From positions 8,618,001 to 8,682,000 of the forward strand of contig CP075494.1 in NCBI GenBank assembly GCA_021613535.1: a stretch of DNA of 64,000 nucleotides, read 5' to 3'. A program made the translations under genes and the position numbers. The notes beneath the pieces were generated by a model. It saw nothing but the letters and a program-made list of their open reading frames with translations, did no database searches and was not told the origin of the DNA. Numbering within the stretch: position 1 is the first letter of the stretch; each line of letters begins with the position of its first letter. Positions 30,441-43,395 of the stretch are shown here, piece by piece. Source of the DNA: Adineta vaga. Taxonomy: Eukaryota > Animalia > Rotifera.

Positions 30441-33115
30441 ATGAAATATTTATTATCAATTTTTCGCCGAACATCAATAAATCGACTACAATCTTATCGA
30501 TCATCATCATCAATAGTAAATAATTATAATCAACTACCAACAGCATGTGATGTACAATCCGATGTTTACAAGGTAGTATTGCATCAAATTATACATACAT
30601 GAAAGTGCATGATGTATGTTTCGTCAAGTTGTTAGCTTAATCGAAGATTTGAATAATCTTATTGGAGTAATCAGAATATGTTTTGCATTCTTTAGAATAA
30701 TTATGAAGCCATGAAAAATACGGTGAATGAATTAAAAACGACGATTAAACGTATTACACTGGGTGGTAATGAAGAAGCTCGTAAACGTCATACTTCGAAG
30801 AATAAATTATTAGCAAGAGAACGTGTTGATAAATTAATTGATTCAAAGTTTGTTTCATTGTTTTATACAATCTTTTCATTATGAATTGTTTTAGTACACC
30901 ATTTCTTGAACTTTCACAATTAGCTGGCCATCAATTATATGGTGATGACGAAGTTCCAGCTGCTGGTCTTATTACTGGCATTGGTCAAGTTGAAGGGTAA
31001 TTATAGACATATTCTGTCAATGCTGTATGTAGTTTATTTCAATTAGACGAGAATGTATCATTGTTGCAAATGATGCAACAGTAAAAGGTGGATCCTATTA
31101 TCCAATTACAGTAAAAAAACAATTACGTGCTCAAGAAATAGCACGAGAAAATCGTCTACCTTGCATTTATCTTGGTGAGGAAAAGAGAGTTGATTATATT
31201 TCGAGAAACAAACGATTTGAACTAAATCTTATCGTTTTAGTTGATAGTGGTGGAGCTAATTTACCTCGTCAAGCAGATGTTTTTCCAGATAAAGAACATT
31301 TTGGACGTTTATTTTATAATCAAGCAACAATGAGTGCATCAGGTATACCACAAGTAAGTAGTCAATAAATAAATCGAGAAATATAAATTTGAATTTATTT
31401 ATTAATAGATTGCTGTTGTTATGGGTAGTTGCACAGCCGGTGGTGCTTATGGTATGTAGAGAAAGAACATTCGATCTATCTTTTTCAGTATTCAAAAAAT
31501 AACTCGAAGGATTCTGATGAACATGACTTTCTTGCTTTGAGTAGCGAATAGAAACGCGAGATGCCAGTTCTGCTGTAGAACGTTTGATGAGATTAAAGAA
31601 TAACAATATTTTCTCTTTTGACGATAGTCCCTGCCATGGCTGATCAATCTATAATTGTCCGTCGACAAGGAACTATTTTTCTTGCTGGTCCACCACTAGT
31701 CAAAGCCGCTACCGGTGAAGTTGTATCAGCTGAAGATCTCGGTGGTGGTGATCTTCATTGTCGGTTAGTTCTATTTCTCTCTTTGATTTGAAATTATATT
31801 TTAATGATAAAATATCATTAATAGTCAATCCGGTGTAACAGATTACTATGCAATGGATGATAGTCATGCTTTGCATTTAACTAGACGTATTGTGGCCAAT
31901 CTCAATTATATAAAACCACAGCAAGTTAGTGTGAAATTGATTTGTATTAGTCTGTATTATTCGAATTTATTTTTTCAGGTTTTAATGAAACCATCTGTTG
32001 AACCACTTTATCCAGCAGAAGAATTATACGGTATTGTTGGTGATAATCTCAAACGAGTATATGATGTTCGAGAAGTAAGTCATTTTCAAATTTAATGTTC
32101 ATGCACATATCTGTATGTGTTTTCGTTATGAAGATTATTGCTCGAATTGTTGATGGTAGTGAATTTGATGAATTTAAAAAATTATATGGAGAAACACTAG
32201 TCACAGGTACGTAGTTTTTAAAATAGACGAAAACAATCGATGATAAATTGTCTATTCAATTAGGTTTTGCTCGTATTCATGGTTATCCAGTTGGTATATT
32301 GGGTAATAATGGTGTTCTCTTCTCTGAATCAGCACTCAAAGGCGCTCATTTTATTGAATTATGTTCTCAAATGAAAATTCCATTACTCTTTTTACAAAAT
32401 ATTACTGGTAAGATCTGTTGATGAGCGACATTGGTCAAAAAATTAAAACAAATTTATTAATAGGTTTTATGGTCGGACGTGAAGCTGAAGCGGGTGGTAT
32501 TGCCAAAAATGGTGCGAAATTAGTTAACGCTGTTGCCTGTGCTCAAGTACCAAAGATTACTGTCATTGTTGGAGGTATGTGCATCGAAATCTAATCTAAT
32601 ATCACTTTTGAAAAATCTATGTATCTGTAGGAAGTTATGGAGCTGGTAATTATGGTATGGCTGGAAGATCATATAGGTAAAGAAAAGCGAAGTCTATTTA
32701 GAAAACCAATATAATGATTCTATCTATTTTTTTTATCTAGTCCAAGATTTTTATACATGTGGCCAAATGCCAGAATATCTGTAATGGGTGGTGAACAAGC
32801 TGCTCAAGTTCTCACGCAAATCACTGCTGAACAACGCAAACGACAAGGCCAAAAGGTAAGTTGCATTATTACCTTATTGTTCAACTTTTACGTATTTCAT
32901 TTTCGTTATAGTTCACTAGTGAAGAAGAGCAAAAAATCCGTGACCCAATTCTTCGTAAATATGAACATGAAGGTTCACCTTATTATTCTTCTGCACGTCT
33001 TTGGGATGATGGAGTTATTGATCCAGTCGATACTCGAATTGTTTTAGCCCTTAGTCTTAGTGCTTCATTAAATGCGCCTATTGCTGATACACGTTTTGGT
33101 ATCTTTCGAATGTAA
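30441..33115 (+). CDS. MCCC2: Methylcrotonoyl-CoA carboxylase beta chain, multi-exon
   Basis: [99 protein letters not shown]; ends FGIFRM-TAA. Confidence 0.97.
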
Positions 33116-33201
33116 TATGTTTCATCTCCTTGTTCGTTTTCTTTCCAAAATAAATTTTTACACAAAAAAAAGCAAAAAGAAGTAGATTGTCGACAAAAAT
33201 A

Positions 33202-33438
33202 TCAACGATAATTATACGAATGTCCACTTCGGTGGTATCCACCAGATTGATGGTAATATGGAGGAGGTGATTGCGAATAATAGCCACCGGGTTGATTATA
33301 ATAGCCCATTGCCTGTTGTTGAGCACTCATTTCTTCTACTGTACTGTGATAAGCTCTATGAGCTCGTTTTCCCACTTTGTAAGTAAGATATGCTGCTCCT
33401 GCTGCTGCTGCTGCACCAACTAATAATATTTCAGCCAT
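33202..33438 (-). CDS. Small 78-aa protein, hydrophobic Ala-rich N-terminus and Gly/Tyr/Gln/Pro-rich tail
   Basis: ATG at 33438 (MAEILLVGAAAAAGAAYLTYKVGKR...GYYNQPGGYYSQSPPPYYHQSGGY); coding-like composition; tail-to-tail with MCCC2. Confidence 0.7.
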   Translation of the reverse strand: MAEILLVGAAAAAGAAYLTYKVGKRAHRAYHSTVEEMSAQQQAMGYYNQPGGYYSQSPPPYYHQSGGYHRSGHSYNYR

Positions 33439-36400
33439 GACGATCCTTTTTCCAACTATATGAAATGAATCGACGTTATTACGTATTTGATTCTGTTTGT
33501 ATGTCCGTACTTTTATTGCGATATCAGTGAAGCGAATCAATGCTTTATGTGTAATTATGTCACGACTATAAAATATTAAGGAAGCAAAAATGTGTGATAT
33601 AGATGAAGTCATTATTACTCATATTAGTGTGATGTATATTGGAAAAAAATGATAGAATATTGCTAGCTAAAAATGCAAATCAATGTATAACTTGTTTCTT
33701 TAAGAAAAAACAATCACGAAATTGATTTTTATCAGTTTAATTTCGATCGACGAATCATTTTCTTTCGATAAAGATAGATAATGGCTTTTGTCTATTTCAT
33801 GAGCACGCTTTGCTACTGTTTTTTTTCGATCTAATTACTTCTAATAATATCTTAAATCTCATGATCTGTAGCTATTATTAGGATAGATAATATTCGTTCA
33901 TCTGATTTGCAAATCTTTCACAATAATTACACATATGAATAAATAATAGCTTGTTGGTGGAGCCAAATGACAGTAGTTAAACGATAGAAAGTTCAGTCAA
34001 TAGAAGAAGCATGCTATGTATTACAGGCTCATGACGACTTTTTAGTATAGTTGTCTATGAAAAGAGAACGTTTTGTGTTCTAAAAAAGAAGTCATACTAT
34101 TCTCAAATCTCAATTATTATTGGTAGGTATATTTAGATTGCAAAATAGAAAGCCCTTCATAGTAAATTTATTCATATATATATATACATATAGATATATA
34201 TCAGATTTAGCATAGAATAGCTGCTTCTGGCAATTTTATTATTAAGTTTTTCATTGTAATAACTTGAACATATGATTTTTTTTTCTCTTGATGCACTTTG
34301 CCCTGAAGTCTTAAAACATTATCAACTAACATTATGAACTGTTGATGAAATATAAGCAGACAGACGTTGTCTGAAAATGATTCTCGGAAATGCGTTTTCT
34401 CTCAATACAGATATGTTGTTCATAAATATAGACACTCTAGCTCCTAGTAATCTAGGTTTCATGTCATTGACAGATAGTTGTAGTTGTTCTAGTTCATAAC
34501 AGTTAAAATGTAATCTTCCAAAAAAAAATTTATTCTTCATCATCTTAGTGATTGAATATCATTGAGTTAGAAAATACTAAGAACCATCCTTTGTTAACAG
34601 TTTAAACTTGGCAAATTAAGTATATCCGAATGAATAAAAAATTTACTAAACTAAAGATCAAAGAACATTTATTAACCTGCATTTACTCAACCTTAAAAAT
34701 CAATCAAAAACATTCATCATCTTCTATTTGAATATGAAGTTTAAAATCATGAAATATCACCTCCCACGTATAATCTATTTTCATAGTATTATTAATAGTT
34801 TGTCTTTACTCATGCACATATCTTGATTCATATAATCAATAGTATTTCATACCATATATTTAACAATAATAGAAAAAGTCTTGTCTATGTCAATCATTAA
34901 TTGATTACGCTCCGATATTTCAAATAGTTAGGTACTTGGAAATCTTATCTTCTTTTCTTCTACCTTCCGAAGTATAATAATATGTTAGAATTACAAAAAT
35001 TAAGATGATTACATGATAATTTATGCAAATAAATACATTTTCTTTAGATTTTACCATCCGGATTGCTTTTCGAATATTCTAATCAACTGTTTACTGTAAA
35101 TAATTCAATGATCTTTTTTTATATTGAAAATGAAAAGTACATTTATTTATTTATCCGTTATTTTAAACAAATAAAACTACATTCTTTTCTCTTCATCTAC
35201 GATAGATAAAAGCATTAGGAATTAATATTTGATAAACTAATAACCTTAAAAGCAGAACAAATAGTGAAATTGTTGTTCAGGCCATAACGTTTTTTATCCT
35301 TCAATAAATCCTGATTAATTCGAAAATGCTTAAATCTTTGTTTAAACGTACTATATCTTTTGTGTAGGCATTAAGTATTATCAAAGTCAGGAAATGTAAA
35401 GATGCGAGGATAATTACAGGGACTTTCTCTTTCTTTCGGTTGTCAATATTGTTTATGAGAAAAAAGCCGACGTGCCAAATGGTGTTTTTTCCAAATGAAA
35501 CCGTTCGTGTTTGAACCCAATGTCTATCATATTCATCGCAGCACAGATATTTAAGAATCGGATGGCAAAATTGTCTACTTTATATAGTTAATTCAGTTTT
35601 AACATGTGATAAAATATTCCTTTTTTTTCAGCTCAAAGTGTTCGACGATTAAGAAGAAAAAAAGTAGGACATCTCAAGAGTTGAATACTAATAGATACAA
35701 ATTTTGACTTTTATGTTCAAAGAATATTCGTAGTTTTTTCACTTTTTATCAGTTGTTTTATTATTTATATACTATTGTACGTGATGTTTGAAATAGCGCA
35801 GAAAGAAAAGCAGAAAATTTCTTCACTTCTATGCACTAGGATAATTGAAAGCTTTCAAGTTCTGTAATTATAATAACGTTGACAATTAAAACAACAACAA
35901 AAAAAGAGAGAAGAAGAATAGTATGTGCGTCAAAGAATAAGACTGTAATGGATTACTTTCTTTGATCTTTCCTTGAATTCTAGAAATGGCAATTACATCT
36001 TTAGTTTTCTGTTTAGACTGGTAGAATTTGCTGTTTTTCTTTGCATATATCATTTGATGAGAAAACTCAGCAAGGTATCGTTCAAAAGACGCATGCATAA
36101 ATTATTTGAATAGAAAATAAATCCACATATAGAATGTTGTTAGGAACATCGGTATTGGAGAATAAAAAAAAAGGAAGAGAAGTTTGCAATGCCTCGAAGC
36201 AATTTACATTATATTTTCTACGGATTGAGCAAAAGACAATTGTCATTTAGTACGAAAGTAATTAAATAGAGAAAAAAAAGAGATTGAAATAGTAATAAAT
36301 ATCTCGTGTTTTCTCTTATTCATGTTTTTTCTCTCTATGTGAAATATTCTCTTGTGTGCTTGATAAGTAACTGAGCATTAATGGAAAGAGAAATAAATGG

Positions 36401-36691
36401 GAGATCGGTGTGAAGTATACTTTCGTTTTTTCATATCTCTCTATTCAAGTTTTTCCTACTTTACTCATTAGGATCGTATTTTGTTTTACTAAAGAATAGA
36501 AAAAATATAGAATGTTAATAATCAATCCACTTTTTTCTTTTATATATAGATTCGCTACATTAAAAATTACATCAAATTTGCTTTTTTTTTCTTCTTGTCT
36601 GTCTGATAGCGATGCACTTTCACAACGGAAAGAAATTGCCTGTTGAACACATATGAAATGACTTCGTTTCCTTTCATCTTTTAGATAAGCA

Positions 36692-38066
36692 ATGACAAGC
36701 AATACAACTTATGATTCAAGTCGAGATATTCGTCGTACACGATTAATTCTACTTTCAACTTTATTTTTCGTTGGATTAGCTGGTTGTTCAATCGTTTTAA
36801 TATGGTTAATACGTTATACTCGATTTAATATGCGATCAGCTCGTATTTGTACCATTATTCTTAATTTAATTATTGCCAATGTATCTGTTTATATCTTTGC
36901 AACTGGTATACAAATCTACTGGGAACTTCAAACTAATCGACAATGGCCATTTAATGATTTAATCTGTATGTTGATGATCAAAAACAAAACTAGAAGATTT
37001 TCATTATTTTTTTAGGTCGAATTGCTAAATTTTTTCAAAGTTTCTCAATTCTTTCCTCAACATATATTGTTGTTGCAATGGCAATTGATCGTTGTATTGC
37101 AATAGTAACTCCATTGAAAGCTGGCAAAATTCGAGTAAATCTTATTAGAATTCATAGAAATAGAATATTCATTCTTTCACTAAATAGGTTCTTTATTTAT
37201 GTGGTGGTGCATGGGCTCTTGCAGGTCTTTTATCAACTCCGAATGTATTCATTTTTCGATTGCATGTCAATGGTTCTGCTCGATTTTGTACTGCAGGATT
37301 TCATCAACAGTCAACTCGTACAGGACATCGTATTTACTTAACATTTATTTCATTTGTTGTCTACTTCCTGCCATTTCTTGTTCTTGTTCTTTGTTACACA
37401 TTGATTTTCATCAAATTATTATGTCGAGAACATGATCAACAAAATGGATTTTCCAATCAATCATCAAGCAACTGTTGTTCATGGATATGTCGAAAGAAAA
37501 TTAGCACATTTACAAAAATAATTATGTATAAAACGGAGATGAATTCATCATTTAATGATCATCAACTTCGACAACAACGAGTCAATACATATGCAAAAGC
37601 TCGTTCAAAAACTTTTCGAATGGTAAGAATATCAACTAGAGCATTTCTTTACAAACTATTTATTTATCTTTAGATTATTGTTCTCGTTTTATTCATGATT
37701 ATATTTGGTGCACCCTATTATTGTCTGGAATTATATACAGCTTATACTGGTCGAAGACCTTCAGATCTAATATTAGCTTTAGCTGGTGGAGCAGCTGTTG
37801 CGCCCTCATCAATAGATCCATGGATATTTCTTTTATTTTGGATAAATTGGAGTGAACCAACGAATACGCATAATAGTCGTCGATTAGCGACGCTAAGCAT
37901 GCAACATCAACAACAACAGTATGTGCGATCGAAACGAACCGATCGTTCTCATACTTTGGTTACGTTATCGACAAGTGACCCTCATCAACATCATACTCTT
38001 CTTCAAAATACTTCACATTCAACGCCTTGCATTAGAAAATGGAATACATCATTAGAAATATCATGA
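36692..38066 (+). CDS. Rhodopsin-class neuropeptide GPCR, vasopressin/oxytocin/GnRH-receptor group, 4 exons
   Basis: QWPFNDLIC|RIAKFFQ, STYIVVAMAIDRCIAIVTPL, YFLPFLVLVLCY, KARSKTFRM, SSIDPWIFLLF. Confidence 0.85.
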
Positions 38067-38379
38067 GTTGCTCTATATATATACATACATACATACATAT
38101 ATTTGAAAAAAACAAATCAATGTGTACCTAAAAATAGATATATCTTGAATATTTGGAAATAATGAATTTATACTTCAATAACAATAGACAATGTATATGT
38201 AATAGAATACTGAAAAGTAGTTCGTGACATTCTTCTCTTTCTTTTAATATTATTATTAAATATAAAATAAAGATATGAATGAGAAGTATTATTAATCGTA
38301 GTCTTATTCAATATAGATTTTCAAATCTATTAGAATCATGTTATAGAAAATGTCTTTTATTAATCAGTTTAAATAAAAA

Positions 38380-39180
38380 TCATTTGATTAATTGTCCTTT
38401 GACAGCATCTCTAACGAAAAACAATGGAATGGGTAGTTTAGTTAATTGATATTCTACTGTCGTATAAACTTGTTTCATTGAATCGAAATAGTTTGTTATT
38501 GGTTTAAATCGACAACCATCACCAACAATTGACCATATAGGTTCAATCATTCGTTGAAATCCATATATCGTTGGATTTGTTTCGTAATTAGCTGACATAT
38601 GTTCAAAAAAAAGAAATTTTCCACCTGCTTTTAATACTCGATGCGCTTCACGAAGTACTTTTTCTGGTAACGGATCAGGTACACTACATAAAACAAGTGT
38701 CATGATCACTGTATCCATACTATTCGATGGTATTTCGTACATATCAGTAGCAGAATCGTTCGATAGACGAATAGGAAATGGAATGTCTTGATATTGTTTA
38801 ATAAATTGATAAAAATATGGATAAGTATGAATATTTGGTTCAATACCAGTATACGAAAGAATATCTGTGTTATTATGGATACATGGAAAATTGATACCTG
38901 TACCAGAACCAATTTCTAAGACATGTCCTTTAACATTAGAATGTTTTAATAATTGATTACAACGAATATCCATAATAGCTGTATTGCTTGGATCAGAAAT
39001 TTGATTTAAAAATTTGGCAAAAACTATATAAAATCAAAATTAAAATAGTTGAAAAACAAAAAAATTTCATTTACATTTTTGTCGATGAACATCGTTGAAT
39101 TTTAAGTAGCCAATACCAATAGCAATTAATGCTACAATGATTGATAATGAACGAAATAGAAATTTAATACACCCACCCAT
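38380..39180 (-). CDS. METTL7/TMT1-like SAM-dependent methyltransferase, 2 exons
   Basis: Exon 1 MGGCIKFLFRSLSIIVALIAIGIGYL (membrane anchor); VLEIGSGTGINF, GIEPN, SMDTVIMTLVLCSV, RVLKAGGKFLFFEH, GDGC. Confidence 0.88.
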
Positions 39181-39263
39181 ATCTATAACAGATCGAAAAA
39201 TGAAATCAATGTACAGATATTCTATTTTTAAGTTTTATAGGTCATATTATACAAAAGATCTAC

Positions 39264-40098
39264 CAAAATCGTAATGATTAGAAGACGTTTTAAATTCTTC
39301 ATATCTTATATGAAAGTAAGAAAAAACAAACATCAATTATGACTCATCATTATTCAGAGATATACTGTATAAACACCATAATAAAAAGTAATTGTATGAT
39401 GAATTTCGATTTATTGTCAATAAACTAAATAATCATGTGAACGAGGGCGAATAGAATTCATATTGTTGTGATTTACTTTTTGTTTACATGTTTTCTAAAC
39501 TAATTGGAAATGATCAAATCATATATTGTATACAGAAAAAAAGAAATTTATCAATGTTCACAAACTCTTTAATAAACTTTTGATTATACATTAGTATAGT
39601 CAAGCGTTAAAATCAGTATACTGTATATCATTGTAGCAAACGTATAATCATCAATAGTATTACCAGAAATGAGTCATTTTATTCTTGTTATTTTTACAAA
39701 ATAAAATCGATTGACATATGAGAAACATATTCTATTCTATTCTATTACCATATTGTGTATATTTATAAATCGACAAAATCGTCCTCGAAAAAAATTGCTT
39801 TTGTATACAATCTTTTACAGGTATATTTGTTTGATTATAATGAAGAGCCGAACTACGTAATAATCATTTCAGCGCTACAGTCTATGTTAATCGATCCGAA
39901 CAAAAAAACAAAGTTTCTTTTAGATAGAATCATTAAGTAAATTAGTAGAATAGAAGAGTTGATATAATTTCAAAAAAGTATTGATTGGTTGATAGATTAC
40001 TCAAATCATATCAATTATCTGTACGCGTGTTGTTGGTTGGTTCATTATTTTCTTCACTTCTTATTTTTCATTGTCTCACGTCGACAAGGGTGTGGGTG
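39264..40098 (+). repeat. Direct duplication copy 1 of the METTL7/TBC1D9 intergenic promoter region
   Basis: Matches 51614-52450 apart from 3 substitutions I found by eye, one 5-bp TCTAT indel and a GGG insertion in the TBC1D9 ATG. Confidence 0.95.
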
Positions 40099-40674
40099 TT
40101 GGAAGGCAAAGAATAAAGAGAGAGTACCTGGGAGACGTTCTCTGTCTGCATACATAAAACACGTTACGATGGGTGAAAGAGACCGATTGGTCACACTCAA
40201 AGAAGCAGTTACATAATATCACTCACACGACGAACTACAACAGTTGTCTATAGGATATGTCAGAATCCTTAGAAGTTGAAGAAGAAGTGTAATACTCGAA
40301 TCGAATTAACGATTTCTACACTAATCATGGAAGAAACAAAATGAATACGAAGAGAGAATCGAAGGTCAACAAGCATCATCGCCAATTCAAGTCACTATGT
40401 CAATTGTACAAATCGGGAAGAGTATGTATAGAAAGAGAGACTTTTCAATACTCATCTTTTTGTTCGACAATATTTTTCAAAAGTTGTCATATATATTTCA
40501 ACCAACAGAAAATTCTGAGTAAATTAAAACACTTTGTCATAAAGATTATCTTTATTTTGCATCTGTAGGAGATCTCAATCTCATTAAAACTTCTCCTTTC
40601 TTCAAATCATCTTCACCTTAACAACATTAAGACGAAAATGTAGCGTACATTTGAAATATTATAGTCAGACTTGA

Positions 40675-41772
40675 CCCACGAGAAAATTTTTTTAGTAAAA
40701 CCGCTGATATCAGCGGTTTCTTAATGACACCGCGGATTTATGCAGCACACCGCGGTGTGATTTTATTAACCGGTGTTAGTGCCGGTTTTTTAGGACAGCG
40801 GTAGTAGCAAACCGCGATGTACCACCTATTGACCGCGGTCTCATATATTGCGGTTATAAGCGGTTTTACATACCGCGGTGTAGAAGTCAAGAACCGCGGT
40901 TTCATATATTGTGGTTATGAGCGGTTTCCTATGCCGCGGTGTGGAAGGCAATAACCGCGGTTTCATATATCGTGGTCATGAGCGATTCCGTATGCTGCGG
41001 TTTAGAAGTCACGAACCGCGGTTTCGTATTTGGCGGTTACGAGCGGTTTTGCATACCGCGGTGTAGAAGTTAATGAACGCGGTTTTCTTGTATTGCGGTT
41101 ATTACTGCTCTTTTAAACCGCGATGTAGCTGCCACAAACCGCGATTTCATCGTACTGCAGATTTTAGCGGTTTTTAAAAATCGCGGTGTGGATGCCAATA
41201 ACCGCGTTTTGATTAGAATGCGATTTACTAATTTACGAACGCGGTATATCAATCAAAAACTCAATGTGTAGTGACTTAGAGGATGTCGTGCCCTGCTTTT
41301 TCGTAACTTTTTGCACAAATTTTTTTGTGTGGCTCTATCATTGAGAAATGAAAGGAGTCTAATGGGACTTGTAAAGTTCTCACATCGCCCCTCGAAGGGC
41401 AACTCCTGTTGGTGGAGGGTGACTAGGTCACCACAGCCGGATTTTATGTGGATTCGGTTGTTTATGAAAAGTGTTGTTTTGATGCGGTATCTGAAAATAC
41501 GGTTTTTGGCGGTTTTCTTGAGCAGCGGTAGTCAGTCCGTTAATGAAGATGTCGAATACCGCCTCAAACTGCGGTTACTGACGTTTTTTTTCTCGTCGCG
41601 GAAGTCAGGCCTTTAATGAAGGTGCGAAAAACCGCAGGAAACCGCGGTTTGAGGCGGTTTTCAGTACCTTCATTAATGGTCTGACTTCCGCGATGAGAAA
41701 AAAAACGTCAGTAACCGCGGTCTCAAAAACCGCCAAATAGCGGCGGTATTTTGCCTTTTTTTTTCTCGTGGG
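40675..41772. mobile_element. Non-autonomous TIR transposon (~1.1 kb), CMC/CACTA-like, CpG-rich
   Basis: TIR CCCACGAGAAAA...TTTTCTCGTGGG, 2-bp flanking repeat GA, dense ACCGCGGT subterminal motifs, no transposase ORF. Superfamily is inferred. Confidence 0.8.
40832..41250. repeat. Diverged ~61-bp tandem repeat, about 7 copies
   Basis: Units start with (A)CCGCGGT variants at 40832, 40893, 40954, 41015, 41076, 41138 and 41201. Confidence 0.85.
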
Positions 41773-42927
41773 GAAGACGCAATCTTATTGTCTCGGAGAA
41801 AAATCCATTTAATTTATGATATATGAACAGAAGGTTTTCTCTAGTTAATTCTATCAGACGAACTATAGCTACGTCATTTTAGGCCCAAAGAGCATTCGTT
41901 CGTATGTGTAGTCAGTTCAGAGCCAAGTTTCCAATAGTTTCAGAATAGAATCTTGGAAAAACATGATTATTCATTATGTTCATTTGTTCTCTTTTCAGAT
42001 GTGATGGTAATGGTCCGCTGAATACTCCAAAACTTTTATAAATTAGTTTTTTTCATTTTTTTAAATAAAAATCAAAAAGAAGAATATTTGTGACATCACT
42101 GCTCGTTTGAATTTTAATTTATATTGAAGATTCTATCAAACGGAGAAATATTGTGTAAAAAATACCCATTAACTATTAAGTTATATGGAGAATATTATCT
42201 GCAATATGTCATCTCATTTCATGATAGATTATATTTTCGTCTTGTTTCAACGATCTAACATTGAATATTTTCATTCTGAATTATGCTCAAGAAACCAACT
42301 TGAGATAAAATTTTCTTTCCAAGTGCATGTATAACAAGATCATTAGAAAAATAAGTATTATATTAAAAAAATACAAATAATTTAGTTGAACACAGCTGAC
42401 TATTGAAGAAGTAGAAATATATCCTACGTTGCCCCACTTTCCTAGATTCTTCGTTCCTATAGAAAATTCATTGTCAAATATTTCAGTTTCAGCCATATCT
42501 AAAGAAAAATAAATGAATTATATGTCGAGGTAACAATATGAAAAAATGTAAATCTAGACAATCATTCAGAAAATCAATTTCATAAATCTGGTGAATGAAA
42601 CATCAAGAACAGGAGAATTAAACAAATGACAAGTACCTTTTTGCCGTTATACATTTTGAAACGATAGTTCAAAACTATGATTATTTAACGAATGAAACAG
42701 AATAAAACGATTTAAAGTTTAAAAATCTTTCGAAAAATATGAAAAATGTCAAGCGTAGGTTTTTGAAAAATTCAGACGGTCGTGAAATAATGACATCTGA
42801 AAGTTTGCTAGTGTTTTATGTACAAACATGTGCCGTTATTTCCTTATGACGGAATGGGTCAAATAGAATACATTTATACAAAAGAAGAAAGAATGGAAGT
42901 GAAGTAAAGTTAAAAATGGATTGTTCT

Positions 42928-43049
42928 CAAGGGGAAAAAGCGAGACTTCTACTCCGAAATACTTCGCGTACTTCACTGGTACTTCCATGTACTTCAGCCA
43001 TACTTCAAATACTTTTTGAAGTATTTGAAGTATCGCCTTTTCCCCCTTG
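42928..43049. mobile_element. ~120-bp MITE with internal TACTTC repeats
   Basis: CAAGGGGAAAAAGCGAGACTTC...GAAGTATCGCCTTTTCCCCCTTG imperfect TIRs; TSD unclear. Confidence 0.7.
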
Positions 43050-43111
43050 GACGTCTTAATTCAACTTCAACTTAATTCACTTTTTCTGTCTGTTTGAGCC
43101 CTTAAACAACA

Positions 43112-43174
43112 CGATTGACGCATTATGAGATAAATCATCTTTTTCAGACGATTTATCTCATAATGCGCCAATCG
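43112..43174. repeat. 63-nt hairpin, 29-bp arms, 5-nt loop
   Basis: CGATTGACGCATTATGAGATAAATCATCT-ttttc-AGACGATTTATCTCATAATGCGCCAATCG, 2 mismatches. Confidence 0.9.
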
Positions 43175-43395
43175 GACGTCATATTTCAGTTATATCGTTG
43201 ATTCACTTTTCTGTCTGTTTGACCCCTCAATCTTTAAAGAAAGAATATGTGCAAAGAAAAATATTCGTCTGATTTGAATATAACTGAGGCATTAGACAAT
43301 AAAAAGGGAAGCGAATCGGTATAATACTCATTTGTGTGTACATATCTGATCATTGTTGTGTAGAATACGGACAAACGAATTCATCTTTGCACACA

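Noticed and set aside
31514-31560. Hammerhead ribozyme (CTGATGA...GAAA)
   Set aside because: No stem II pairing between the core motifs and no convincing stems I or III.
39755-39940. Duplicated small ORF (also 52068-52295)
   Set aside because: Chance frame within the duplicated promoter; the shared text reflects DNA duplication, not coding.
40832-41250. CRISPR-like array
   Set aside because: Whole 61-bp units are homologous, with no unique spacers and no cas genes; it lies inside a TIR element in eukaryotic DNA.
41070-41616. ORFs 41070-41252 and 41311-41616 as transposase
   Set aside because: Non-ATG or short frames arising from GC-rich repeats; no transposase motifs.
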